Assembly (NCBI GenBank): GCA_043426715.1
Contig: JBHWRK010000003.1
Location: forward strand, 1-32,164
Reading direction: 5' to 3'
From: Trueperella sp.
Lineage (GTDB): Bacteria; Actinomycetota; Actinomycetes; Actinomycetales; Actinomycetaceae
Length of the DNA stretch: 32,164 nt
This document shows, piece after piece, positions 9,150 to 17,756 of this stretch. A program made the position numbers and the translations under genes. Within the stretch, counting starts at the first letter, position 1. Each line of letters opens with the position of its first letter. A model generated the notes under the pieces. It saw only the letters and a program-made list of their open reading frames with translations. It was not told where the DNA came from and did no database searches.

Positions 9150-10750
9150 ACCATCATCTCCTTGTTGAGGGTGGTGCGGACGGCGCCCGGTCCGGCCACG
9201 AGTTCGGTGAATAGTTGTTCGATCCGCTGGGCGAGCGGGGTGTCGTACAGGTTGACACCAAAAATTTCAGCGTTGGACAAAATCGGTTGTAGGACGACGC
9301 TAGCGTCAACAGGCTTACCCAGCTCGACGCCCGTCAGGTGGCCCTGGAGCTCCTCGAGGAGCGGGTCTGGCGACGGGTCGAAGGACGTGCCTTCGTCGTC
9401 TACTGCCAGGAGATAGCGCATCCAAATCGCAATCGCGAGGGGAATCGCCTTAAGGTCGTTCAGGTTGCGATCTTGGTCGATGTACTTCTTAATCGTTTCG
9501 CCGAAGCGGATGCCCACCTTCTGGGAGGTGTCCATGGCGATTCGCGCCGGATCATCCGGGAGGTTGCGGTTCGGGAAGCGCACGTCGAGGACTTCGTTCA
9601 AGAAGTCTTCGGGGCTCACGATGCCCGGATCAACGACGACGGGCAAGCCTTCCTTGCGTCCGAGTTGCTCCACGAATGCTCGCAGGGCAGGATCGCGCAT
9701 TTCTGCATCGATTGTGGGGTAGCCAAGAACGACTCCGGCCGTGGCCAGTGCTGTGTGGAGCGGGTTGAGGCAGGTGGTCACCTTCATGTTTTCAAAGTCA
9801 TTTGCGACCTCACGCGAAGTGACGTTGACCCCGTACTTTTCAAAGTCCGGCACATCGCCCACGAGCACGTCCTCGATGATGAGGTACTCCGTGGGCTCGG
9901 CGTTCACGAAGCCCGCAACCGGCATGCGGCCGAGGAGCTCGACGTTCATGTCTGTGAATCCGAGAACCTTCAGCTCATCGGATACGGACTCGCTTGGACG
10001 CGGGGTGATCTTGTCGATGACGGTGACGGGGAAGGCAACCTTCTCCGGGTCCTCAACCCAGGTCAGCAGCTCGGCATCAAGCTTGCCACCCTCGACCCAT
10101 CCACGCATGACCTGAACGATCGAGTCCTTCAGCTTGTCGCCATTGTGAGAGAAGTTGTCAAACGACATCACGTTAATCGGCTCGCCCCCGGCGTCGAAGC
10201 GGTGGACGAGAAGGCCTGCAACATTTGCCATCGTGTTCTGGTGGAATGTGCGCGGATCCGAATCGATGTCTGCGAGTACCTGCTCGGACAGAGCACCTTG
10301 TGAATCGTGGATTCCATAGCCCTTTTCGGTAATCGTCATCGAGATCATCGAGACGCCCGGATTCTTCACAACCTCCACGAGTCGGTTGTAATCACCCGGG
10401 CGTGACCACGCGAGGCCCTCCGAAATTCCGGCGATAACCTTCAGGTTGCGCGTGCCATCTGCGTTCAGGGTGACCGACAGCGTCATGAGGTCGTGTGCCG
10501 CAAGCTGCTTGTCGAGCTCTTCGGGGTTCATCGGCACAACGGCAGTCACAGGCCAGTGCTCGCCGTCAGCGATGAGGTCATGGGCGACGCGGGCGGGAAA
10601 CGCGCGGAAAATGTTACCTGGTCCCAAGTGGATCCAGCGAGGATTTTCCTTTCCCTTCTCCTGCATCTTCGCAACGTCGAATGCGGGGAGTTCAACGCCT
10701 GCCTTATCGAAGTCGTCTGCGCTCTTAATTCCGGCAATCGTTAATTTCAT
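9146..10750 (-). CDS. uxuB: D-mannonate oxidoreductase / fructuronate reductase (mannitol dehydrogenase family, long form)
   Basis: [54 protein letters not shown]. Directly upstream of uxuA. GGAGG RBS before ATG 10750. Confidence 0.85.
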   Translation of the reverse strand: MKLTIAGIKSADDFDKAGVELPAFDVAKMQEKGKENPRWIHLGPGNIFRAFPARVAHDLIADGEHWPVTAVVPMNPEELDKQLAAHDLMTLSVTLNADGTRNLKVIAGISEGLAWSRPGDYNRLVEVVKNPGVSMISMTITEKGYGIHDSQGALSEQVLADIDSDPRTFHQNTMANVAGLLVHRFDAGGEPINVMSFDNFSHNGDKLKDSIVQVMRGWVEGGKLDAELLTWVEDPEKVAFPVTVIDKITPRPSESVSDELKVLGFTDMNVELLGRMPVAGFVNAEPTEYLIIEDVLVGDVPDFEKYGVNVTSREVANDFENMKVTTCLNPLHTALATAGVVLGYPTIDAEMRDPALRAFVEQLGRKEGLPVVVDPGIVSPEDFLNEVLDVRFPNRNLPDDPARIAMDTSQKVGIRFGETIKKYIDQDRNLNDLKAIPLAIAIWMRYLLAVDDEGTSFDPSPDPLLEELQGHLTGVELGKPVDASVVLQPILSNAEIFGVNLYDTPLAQRIEQLFTELVAGPGAVRTTLNKEMMV

Positions 10751-10785
10751 GTACACCCTCCAAAGCTCCGAGTGCGTTTATCTGT

Positions 10786-10910
10786 GTGAAACGAGTGTTT
10801 GTCTATTGTAAACAGCTTATCGCCTCTGGGTTCAGCTGTCACCGACATTAGTCTAGTGTGTTGTTGGCCACAGGCAAACCTGAATTAGCAAAGTAAAACG
10901 CGCGTTCCAC
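10786..10910. promoter_or_regulatory. Divergent promoter region with two candidate IclR/KdgR-type operator pseudo-palindromes
   Basis: GTGAAACGAGTGTTTGTC (10786-10803) and the reverse complement of 10893-10910 (GTGGAACGCGCGTTTTAC) match at 13/18 positions, with an AAAC-n4-GTTT type core. Confidence 0.5.
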
Positions 10911-10941
10911 ATAGCAATACGATTTTCGCTACGATAATCGC

Positions 10942-11733
10942 ATGGGAAATCCGAAGCCGCTCGCAAGTGTCAGCCGTGCCATTACCCTCGTTGAATATCT
11001 CGCCAAGCAAGATGCATCAGGAGTGCCACTTGGGACAATTGCTTCTGATTTGGCCGTCAATAAGGCCACCGCATACAACACTCTCGCAACGTTGCGTGAA
11101 CACAATTGGGTTGACCAAGATTCTGAGACTGGTTTCTACCGCCTGGGTGACGGCATTGCCCCGATCGCACAGTACCGAACGTCAACTCAACAGCTCGTTG
11201 ACCGCCTGCGCCCCTACCTTGCCCGCATCGGCCGCACCTTAAACGAGCTCGTCCATTTGGGCCAGCTCATTGATACGGACATTATTTACCTCGACAAGGT
11301 CGAGCCGGATCGCGCCGTTCGCGTCGTCTCATCAATCGGTAAAGAGGCGACAGCTGTCACCACGGCGCTTGGCCGCGCCCTCATCGGGTCCTTCGAAAAC
11401 CGCGACTCCCAGCTGGGCTGGTATTTGGATACTCCGGAAATCAACGGACGCACCAAGGCCGAGCAGAAAGCGTTGCACTCCGCCGTCGTCGCCAATTTCC
11501 AACACCTCGATGAACATGGTTGGACGGAAGAAATCGAAGAAAATGAGCCTGATATCGCGTGCGTTGGTGTGCCACTGATCAGTGACAGCGGTAGCAATCT
11601 CGCCGTCTCGGTGAGCGCTCCGGCTGACCGGATGACCTCCGAATACCGCGCCGAGCTTGCCTCCGCCATCCGCGCTGAGTTGGCCACACTTCCCGCCGAC
11701 ATCCCGTTACGGCTTCGGCCGCTGAAAGCCTAA
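10942..11733 (+). CDS. IclR family transcriptional regulator (probable regulator of the uxu/kdg operon)
   Basis: SVSRAITLVEYL...NKATAYNTLATLREHNWVDQD...YRLG HTH, TALGRAL, and GWTEEIEENEPDIACVGVP effector domain. Confidence 0.93.
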   Translation: MGNPKPLASVSRAITLVEYLAKQDASGVPLGTIASDLAVNKATAYNTLATLREHNWVDQDSETGFYRLGDGIAPIAQYRTSTQQLVDRLRPYLARIGRTLNELVHLGQLIDTDIIYLDKVEPDRAVRVVSSIGKEATAVTTALGRALIGSFENRDSQLGWYLDTPEINGRTKAEQKALHSAVVANFQHLDEHGWTEEIEENEPDIACVGVPLISDSGSNLAVSVSAPADRMTSEYRAELASAIRAELATLPADIPLRLRPLKA

Positions 11734-11874
11734 GACCTCTCGATCGTGTCATTGTTCGGCTGGTATCCCCGGTAGCGAGTAGGCACGGCACCTCTTAGGT
11801 GATGGCGCAGTCGAATGTGCGCACTCAGCTTGTCACCGGATACTGCGCCGATCGCAGTGCAAAGACGAGGGAAT

Positions 11875-13668
11875 TTATACCGTGAATCCGTACCCGCGCA
11901 GACGCTTCTTAGCTGCGCGCGAGCCTTCAGACTGCAGGTGCAGCAGCTCGGCGTAAATACCGCCAGATGTGGCGAGCTCCTCGGGGGTGCCCACCTCATC
12001 GATTCGCCCATCGCGCAGGGTGATGATGCGGTCCACCGACGCGATCGTGGAGAGGCGGTGGGCGATGATGAGCGAGGTACGCCCGGTCATCAGACCCTCC
12101 AGCCCTGCCTGAACTTGCCGCTCGGCCTTCGTGTCGAGAGCCGACGTCGCCTCGTCAAGAATGAGAATGTCGGCACCCTTGAGGGTCGCGCGCGCCACTG
12201 AAATACGCTGCTGTTGGCCACCCGAAAGCTTCAGGCCCCGCTCACCGATGAGCGAATTGTAACCGTTCTTGAATCGCACGATAAAGTCATGGGCGTTGGC
12301 TCGCCTAGCAGCCTGCTCGATCTGCTCCTGCGTGGCATCAACGTGCGAATACCCGATGTTCTCGGCGATCGTTCCCGAGAACAGCGAAGCATCCTGGAAC
12401 ACCACCCCGATTTCACCCCGCAACGTGTCAAGCGGGAGCGTCTGGATATCGCGGCCGAAGATGCGGATCGTACCGGCCCGCGGCTTGTAGAAGCCCATGA
12501 GAAGCGAGGTAATCGTTGTCTTGCCACCGCCCGATTCACTCACAAGCGCCAGCCGCTCCCCGCGCTGCACGTCGAAAGATATATCGGTGAGGACGTTGTC
12601 GTCAGAATCGTAGCCGAAGTCAACTCCCTCGAAACTGATTGCTACGTCTGGGTCAGTCCGCTCGGGGATCGACGTTATGACGGGACGTTTCGGAATCTCA
12701 AGTTCCATGACGTCGAAGTAGTCCTTCGAGCCGGCGATGGCGTGTTGTGCCGAGTCGACGATGTAGCTCATCGAGCCGACGGGGGCGCGTGCCATATTGA
12801 CGAGTTGAATGAGGAGCACCATCTCGCCCACTGTGAAGTTTCCACGGACGGTCTGAACGAAAATAATCGCGTAGATGCCGAAGAACGTGGCGGCCATGAA
12901 GATGCGACGTAGAAAGTCCATCCAGTGCCAGTGCTTCGACTGGTCAGCGGTGATCTCCTCTGCCCTGGCGTAACGAGCACTAAAGAAGTCGAGTTCTCTC
13001 TGCTCTTGCACGAAGGATTTCACGACGCGCATTTGGCCGATCACTTCTTGAAAGCGCCCGCCCGCTGTGTCGAGCTCCGTGTTTTTCAGACCTTCCTTTT
13101 CCTGCCAGCGCCTCGATGTGAGCGCGGTCAGCCACATGTACACCGGGAAGATGATGATGAGAAGTATCGAAAGGAGCGGGGAGTAAAACGCCGAAATGAC
13201 GAGCACTGCACCGATGGTGAGAAAGGTGGTGAAAAACGAGTTGGAAAACGATTTGATAAAGTTCGTGACTTCCATGATCGACCGGTTCAGGCGCGAAGTG
13301 ATGCGACCCGTGAGCTCGTTATCGAAATAGCGTTGAGGAAGTTGGAGCAGTTTGTCGTAGTAGCGCACCGAGAGGATTGTGCGCATCCGCTGGCTCATGA
13401 TGTCGCCGACGTACTGCCCACCAGCAGTGATGACAACACCGATCGCTTCCAGTGCGAAAAACGCCACGGCGAGCCACAGAACTGTTCTGATTGCTGCGTC
13501 AGTGGGGATCGAGCCCGAGACGGCGCCCACTGCCTGGTCCGTCGCACGGCCGATGACGAACGGAATAAGAATGTTTGCCACGGTGACGAGGATTGAGGAC
13601 AGGGCGACGACGACGTACATCGGCGCGAGTGAAGATGTGAACCGGAAGATTCGAATAAAAGCTTTCAC
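11875..13668 (-). CDS. ABC exporter, fused permease/ATP-binding protein (MsbA/Sav1866-like)
   Basis: N-terminal TM domain, Walker A variant SESGGGKTT, signature LSGGQQQR, Walker B ILILDEATSALD, IIAHRLST. Confidence 0.95.
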   Translation of the reverse strand: MKAFIRIFRFTSSLAPMYVVVALSSILVTVANILIPFVIGRATDQAVGAVSGSIPTDAAIRTVLWLAVAFFALEAIGVVITAGGQYVGDIMSQRMRTILSVRYYDKLLQLPQRYFDNELTGRITSRLNRSIMEVTNFIKSFSNSFFTTFLTIGAVLVISAFYSPLLSILLIIIFPVYMWLTALTSRRWQEKEGLKNTELDTAGGRFQEVIGQMRVVKSFVQEQRELDFFSARYARAEEITADQSKHWHWMDFLRRIFMAATFFGIYAIIFVQTVRGNFTVGEMVLLIQLVNMARAPVGSMSYIVDSAQHAIAGSKDYFDVMELEIPKRPVITSIPERTDPDVAISFEGVDFGYDSDDNVLTDISFDVQRGERLALVSESGGGKTTITSLLMGFYKPRAGTIRIFGRDIQTLPLDTLRGEIGVVFQDASLFSGTIAENIGYSHVDATQEQIEQAARRANAHDFIVRFKNGYNSLIGERGLKLSGGQQQRISVARATLKGADILILDEATSALDTKAERQVQAGLEGLMTGRTSLIIAHRLSTIASVDRIITLRDGRIDEVGTPEELATSGGIYAELLHLQSEGSRAAKKRLRGYGFTV

Positions 13669-13845
13669 TCGGAAGATCGTAGTGGGTGCGGTGAATTTCT
13701 CCTAGGTTCACGCTCACATATGCCGACCGTTTGTTATATGCAGTGAACGGAAAAGAGGCGTGGATGGACCGGTGGGCGCAACGAAATTCCCTCCGCCGGA
13801 GATACCTCGAGGTGTCCTCGAATCCACCGAATTTAGGTCAACGAT

Positions 13846-14751
13846 TTACAGTTCGAGGCCGAACTCCTCTGCCGTGGCGTACGAGGTCTGCGTGCCTCGC
13901 TTCGTCACCGAATCCCCGGCGTAGCGGTTAGCGATCGTGATCGCTTTCTCGATGTCGCCAGTGTGAACGAGGACGTGCGAGAAACAACCGATAAAGGCAT
14001 CGCCCGCACCCGTGGTGTCCACCGCATCAACCTTCTCGGATGGGAAAATCTTCGCGCCGCCGTCGTTCACCCACATCGCGCCCCGAGAACCAAGCGTGAC
14101 GATAACGTCCTTGATGCCCGCGTTGGAAAGTACGCGGGCGGCAGCCTCGACGTCGTCGTCGGTCTCGACGGGCAGGTTCGTCAGGAGGGCGAGCTCAGAT
14201 TCGTTGGGTACGAAGTAGGTGCAGTCCTTGACGCGGTCGAGATCAAGATCAGGGTCGGCCGGCGCGGGGTTAAGTAACACGGGAATGTCATGCCTCTTGC
14301 CGAATTCGATCGCGTAGTAGACAGTCTCGATGTCGATTTCGAGTTGCAGGACGATGAGCTTGCATTCCTTGATGTCCTCGGCCGCATCGTCGATATCTTG
14401 CGGTGACAGCGCTGCGTTTGCACCCTTAATAATGATGATGCGGTTATTCGCATCCTTGTCTACGAAAATTGGCGCGACGCCCGACGTGCCCTCCGTGCGG
14501 AGGATATAACGGGTGTCAAAGCCGTTGTCCTCGAAATTCTTGATTGTGTTGTCTGCGAAGAGGTCGGATCCCACACGCGTGATCATGAGAACTTCCGAGC
14601 CGAGGCGACGCGCAGCCATTGCCTGGTTTGCACCCTTTCCGCCCGCGCCGAGTTGAAAGTCCGGGGCCTCGATCGTTTCGCCAACGTCTGGCATGCGCTC
14701 GATGTACGAAATGAGATCCACGTTATTTGATCCGATAACTGCAATATCCAT
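13846..14751 (-). CDS. Ribokinase-family sugar kinase, most similar to deoxyribokinase DeoK
   Basis: MDIAVIGSNNVDL, GGKGANQA, SGVAPIFVD, IIKGAN, LQLE, LLNPAPA, PNESE, DTTGAGDAFIGCF, GTQTSY. AAGGAG RBS. Confidence 0.9.
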   Translation of the reverse strand: MDIAVIGSNNVDLISYIERMPDVGETIEAPDFQLGAGGKGANQAMAARRLGSEVLMITRVGSDLFADNTIKNFEDNGFDTRYILRTEGTSGVAPIFVDKDANNRIIIIKGANAALSPQDIDDAAEDIKECKLIVLQLEIDIETVYYAIEFGKRHDIPVLLNPAPADPDLDLDRVKDCTYFVPNESELALLTNLPVETDDDVEAAARVLSNAGIKDVIVTLGSRGAMWVNDGGAKIFPSEKVDAVDTTGAGDAFIGCFSHVLVHTGDIEKAITIANRYAGDSVTKRGTQTSYATAEEFGLEL

Positions 14752-15025
14752 GCTGACTCCTTCGTCTAGCCCGATGAGCTCAAGTGGCGGGGTGGCGCCA
14801 TCCCGATTCTAGTTGTGCTCAGACGGATGGGACGCTGATTTAGCGGGGGGAGTATTTTTCTCTCGAACGAGTCGAACGCGGGGCGGGGCCGGACCCTAGC
14901 GCAACTCCCGTCGCCGGTACTTCTTCCTGGGTCCGCGCCACTCATTGGGCGTGTGTCATCGACAGCACACCCACACCAACCTGGAGTATGAGGGCAGCGC
15001 CACCGACCGGATTTACGATGTTGGC

Positions 15026-16981
15026 ATGACGAGAGCGGGACTTTACACCTCACACACGATTCGACCACCACGCAAGACATACCGAATCCGGGGGATCGAT
15101 GGCCTCCGTGCACTCGGTGCCATCTTCGTTCTCATCTATCATCTCGTACCCGCATATGGCGGCGCCGGAGTTGTCGGTGTCGACGTCTTCTTCACCATCT
15201 CCGGTTTCCTCATCACGGCACTCCTCATGAAGGAGTACGACGCAACTGGTCGGATCAATCTACGCCACTTCTGGATCCGCAGATTGCGCAGGCTCGTGCC
15301 CGCAGTGACAGTCATGGTCCTCGTCGTCGTCGGTCTCGCACGACTTATCTCCGACGACGCCGTGGTTCAAGTTCGCTGGCAGAGCCTGGGCGCACTGACG
15401 GGCACGTACAACTGGCTCCAAATCGCGCACTCGTCGTCCTATTTCGAAGCCCAATCTCCAATGTTGCTAACCAACATGTGGTCGCTGGCCATTGAGCAAC
15501 AGATTTACATCGTGTGGCCGGTCGTTGTCATAGGTTTGCTAGCGTGGGCGGGCATGCGCGGCCGCAACGCAGCGGCATTCGCAATCGGTGCGGCGTCCGT
15601 TTTGGCGCACATTGCTCTCCTAGGCGCGGATGTCACGCGATCCTACGTTGGAACTGACACGCACATTTTCGGCCTCATGATCGGCGCGATGATCGCGTTT
15701 TCCGTCCCCGGAATCATGACATCCGACCAGGATGGACGCTCAGGCGCCCGACGCCCGTCGTCTGTCTGGGGACTCATCGCTTGGACGGCGCTCGCGGGGC
15801 TGATCGCCCTCGTGTTCACCGCCGAGGTGGGGCGCTGGTTCTATCCGTGGGGTCTCCTGGTGGCGTCGGCGCTTACGGCTCTCCTTATTCGTGGAATCCT
15901 TCCCGATGTGCCGGGGCGCGCCTCAGACGCGCTCGCATCGCTGCTGGAATCTGCTCCTCTCGTGTGGATCGGCCAGCGAAGCTATGGCATCTATCTGTGG
16001 CACTGGCCGCTCTACGTCCTTGCGTCCTACCATCTGCATATTCCGTCGCCAACCGCAGAAATAGGCGTTGTGGCACTGTCTGTTCTCGCGGCACATATTT
16101 CTTTTGAGGCCGTCGAAACTCCTATCCGCACGCATGGTCTCGCGGGCACGCTACAGCAGGTCAGAACTTGGCGGACCACGTTCCTCGCAGGAGGAGCGCT
16201 CGCAACGTTGGCGATACTCGGCCTGTTTACGACGGCGGTGGTCACCTCGCAGCCGCTGACTGAGGCTCAACGCTCGGTTATGGCAGGCCAACAAGCACTG
16301 GCTAGCCCACCCCAGCCGTCACGAACGACGCCAGCACCCGGGCCAACAACGACACCCTCGCCCACTCACTCCCCGTCAACTCCAGGTTCCTCCGAAACAC
16401 CGAACACGCCAAAGTCCGATACTACGGAGTCGCCTTCTTCCGCATCTGCCACGGACGCCGCACCGACTCCACCGCCCGAACCGATCAACGGTAACGACAT
16501 CACTGTGATCGGAGATTCCGTCACACTCGCCTCGGCGCCAGCGCTCCTCGAAACATTCCCGGGAATCATCGTCGACGGCGAGGTCTCGCGATCCGTCTAC
16601 GCATTTACGAACGCCGCCAACGAACTCGCCGCTCAGGGGCAGTTGCATGACACCGTTGTGATCTCCTTGGGAACGAATGGCGTCTTTCCACGGCAAACCG
16701 CGGACGAGATGCTGGACTACCTCGGGCCGGATCGAAAGGTCGTCTTCGTGACGGCGTACGGCCCGCCGCGGGCATCGTGGATCCCTACCGCGAACGACAC
16801 CATGAGGGCCATGGCAAAGGACCACGCGGACCAGGTGCGCATTGCGGATTGGCACGCGGTCGTTTCCGCTCACCCTGAGGTTCTTGCATCTGACCAAATA
16901 CATCCGACTGCCGCGGGCGGAAAACTATACGCCGCAGAGGTCGAACGAGCTATCACATCGTTTAACGTCCCAGATCTCTAG
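15026..16981 (+). CDS. OatA/OafA-like O-acyltransferase (acyltransferase_3 membrane domain + Pro/Ser/Thr linker + SGNH domain)
   Basis: IDGLRAL, GVDVFFTISGFLIT, FWIRRLRRL, WSLAIEQQIY, SYGIYLWHWP, then SGNH blocks GDS, GTN and DQIHP. The start is uncertain; ATG 15026 follows a TACGAT hexamer by 6 nt. Confidence 0.92.
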   Translation: MTRAGLYTSHTIRPPRKTYRIRGIDGLRALGAIFVLIYHLVPAYGGAGVVGVDVFFTISGFLITALLMKEYDATGRINLRHFWIRRLRRLVPAVTVMVLVVVGLARLISDDAVVQVRWQSLGALTGTYNWLQIAHSSSYFEAQSPMLLTNMWSLAIEQQIYIVWPVVVIGLLAWAGMRGRNAAAFAIGAASVLAHIALLGADVTRSYVGTDTHIFGLMIGAMIAFSVPGIMTSDQDGRSGARRPSSVWGLIAWTALAGLIALVFTAEVGRWFYPWGLLVASALTALLIRGILPDVPGRASDALASLLESAPLVWIGQRSYGIYLWHWPLYVLASYHLHIPSPTAEIGVVALSVLAAHISFEAVETPIRTHGLAGTLQQVRTWRTTFLAGGALATLAILGLFTTAVVTSQPLTEAQRSVMAGQQALASPPQPSRTTPAPGPTTTPSPTHSPSTPGSSETPNTPKSDTTESPSSASATDAAPTPPPEPINGNDITVIGDSVTLASAPALLETFPGIIVDGEVSRSVYAFTNAANELAAQGQLHDTVVISLGTNGVFPRQTADEMLDYLGPDRKVVFVTAYGPPRASWIPTANDTMRAMAKDHADQVRIADWHAVVSAHPEVLASDQIHPTAAGGKLYAAEVERAITSFNVPDL

Positions 16982-17625
16982 GAGGTCGGCGCTGCTGGCT
17001 TGAGGAACGGAACCTGACCTTCGAAGTCACGGCGACCCGACGACCAGATCACCGGAGAGGCCATAAGGTCACCATCCGGACCGCGAGAGGCTCGCAGATC
17101 GATGATGCGCTGATTTTTCGAGCCTCGGAAAGCAAGGTCGTGGCGGTAAAGCCGCTTGACGAACGGACCGTCAACGAGCACATCGCACAATTCCAAGAGC
17201 TCGCGCTTTTCGCGTGTCTCTTCGAGAAGTTGCTCATAGGTGTATCCCGACCACACCCAAATGTCCTTCTGGTCGCCGAACTGTTTTCGCACATGCTCAA
17301 CGAGCGGCAACAGAATGGGGGTGGCAAGCATCGGCTCCCCGCCCACGAGTGACAAGCCGGCCACGTACGGTTGCGCAAGGTCATTCAAGATTTGGTCTTC
17401 AAGTTCCTGCGTGTACGGGGCTCCGTACCGGAAGCTCTGCGCGGCCGCGTTGTAGCAGTCCGGACACTTAAACGGGCATCCTGACACGTAGAGGGAGCAT
17501 CGCACTCCCTCGCCGTCCACAAAGTTAAACGGCTTGTAATCCGCCACATAGCCAGCAGACAGCGTTGTGCCATCCCACTCCCCCGGCTGGGGAACCGTGA
17601 TGCCATCACTGTCTTTTACTGTCAC
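16978..17625 (-). CDS. nrdG: Anaerobic ribonucleoside-triphosphate reductase activating protein (radical SAM)
   Basis: FVDGEGVRCSLYVSGCPFKCPDCYN (CxxxCxxC), GGEP, WSGYT, DVLVDGPF, FRGSKNQR. GTG start 5 nt after AAGGAG. Confidence 0.96.
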   Translation of the reverse strand: MTVKDSDGITVPQPGEWDGTTLSAGYVADYKPFNFVDGEGVRCSLYVSGCPFKCPDCYNAAAQSFRYGAPYTQELEDQILNDLAQPYVAGLSLVGGEPMLATPILLPLVEHVRKQFGDQKDIWVWSGYTYEQLLEETREKRELLELCDVLVDGPFVKRLYRHDLAFRGSKNQRIIDLRASRGPDGDLMASPVIWSSGRRDFEGQVPFLKPAAPTS

Positions 17626-17710
17626 AGACACTCCTTACAGGCCAAGGCCGCGAGCCTCTCGCCGCCTTACGACGCAGCCAAGCAACGGCGTGGCGGAACC
17701 TCGAACGACA

Positions 17711-17740
17711 AGGGAACGGCGTCGTTACCGACGCCGCCCT
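17711..17740 (-). terminator. Terminator-like or stabilising hairpin between nrdD and nrdG
   Basis: On the mRNA strand CGGCGUCG-GUAA-CGACGCCG followed by UUCCCUU: an 8-bp perfect stem with a GNRA loop. Confidence 0.55.
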
Positions 17741-17756
17741 CTCGACGCATCCGACG

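Noticed and set aside
8463..10303. Long + strand ORFs 8463-9416 (317 aa) and 9338-10303 (321 aa)
   Set aside because: They are antisense shadows of uxuA/uxuB. Long reverse frames are expected with high-GC codon bias, and they show no motifs.
11734..11874. Structured RNA between IclR and the ABC exporter (GGCGCAGT..ACTGCGCC)
   Set aside because: An 8-bp stem with a long loop between convergent genes; at most a weak terminator, with no further support.
13690..13845. Possible tRNA or ncRNA (TCGAATCC, GTTCAC..GTGAAC, TACCTCGAGGT)
   Set aside because: No cloverleaf could be built, and the short symmetries are within chance expectation.
14752..15025. Possible riboswitch or small ORF between the kinase and acyltransferase genes
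   Set aside because: Only imperfect GC-rich hairpins, no recognisable aptamer motif, and the ORF lacks an RBS.
16300..16485. Pro/Thr/Ser low-complexity stretch as a repeat element
   Set aside because: It is an ordinary linker between the AT3 and SGNH domains of OatA-like proteins.
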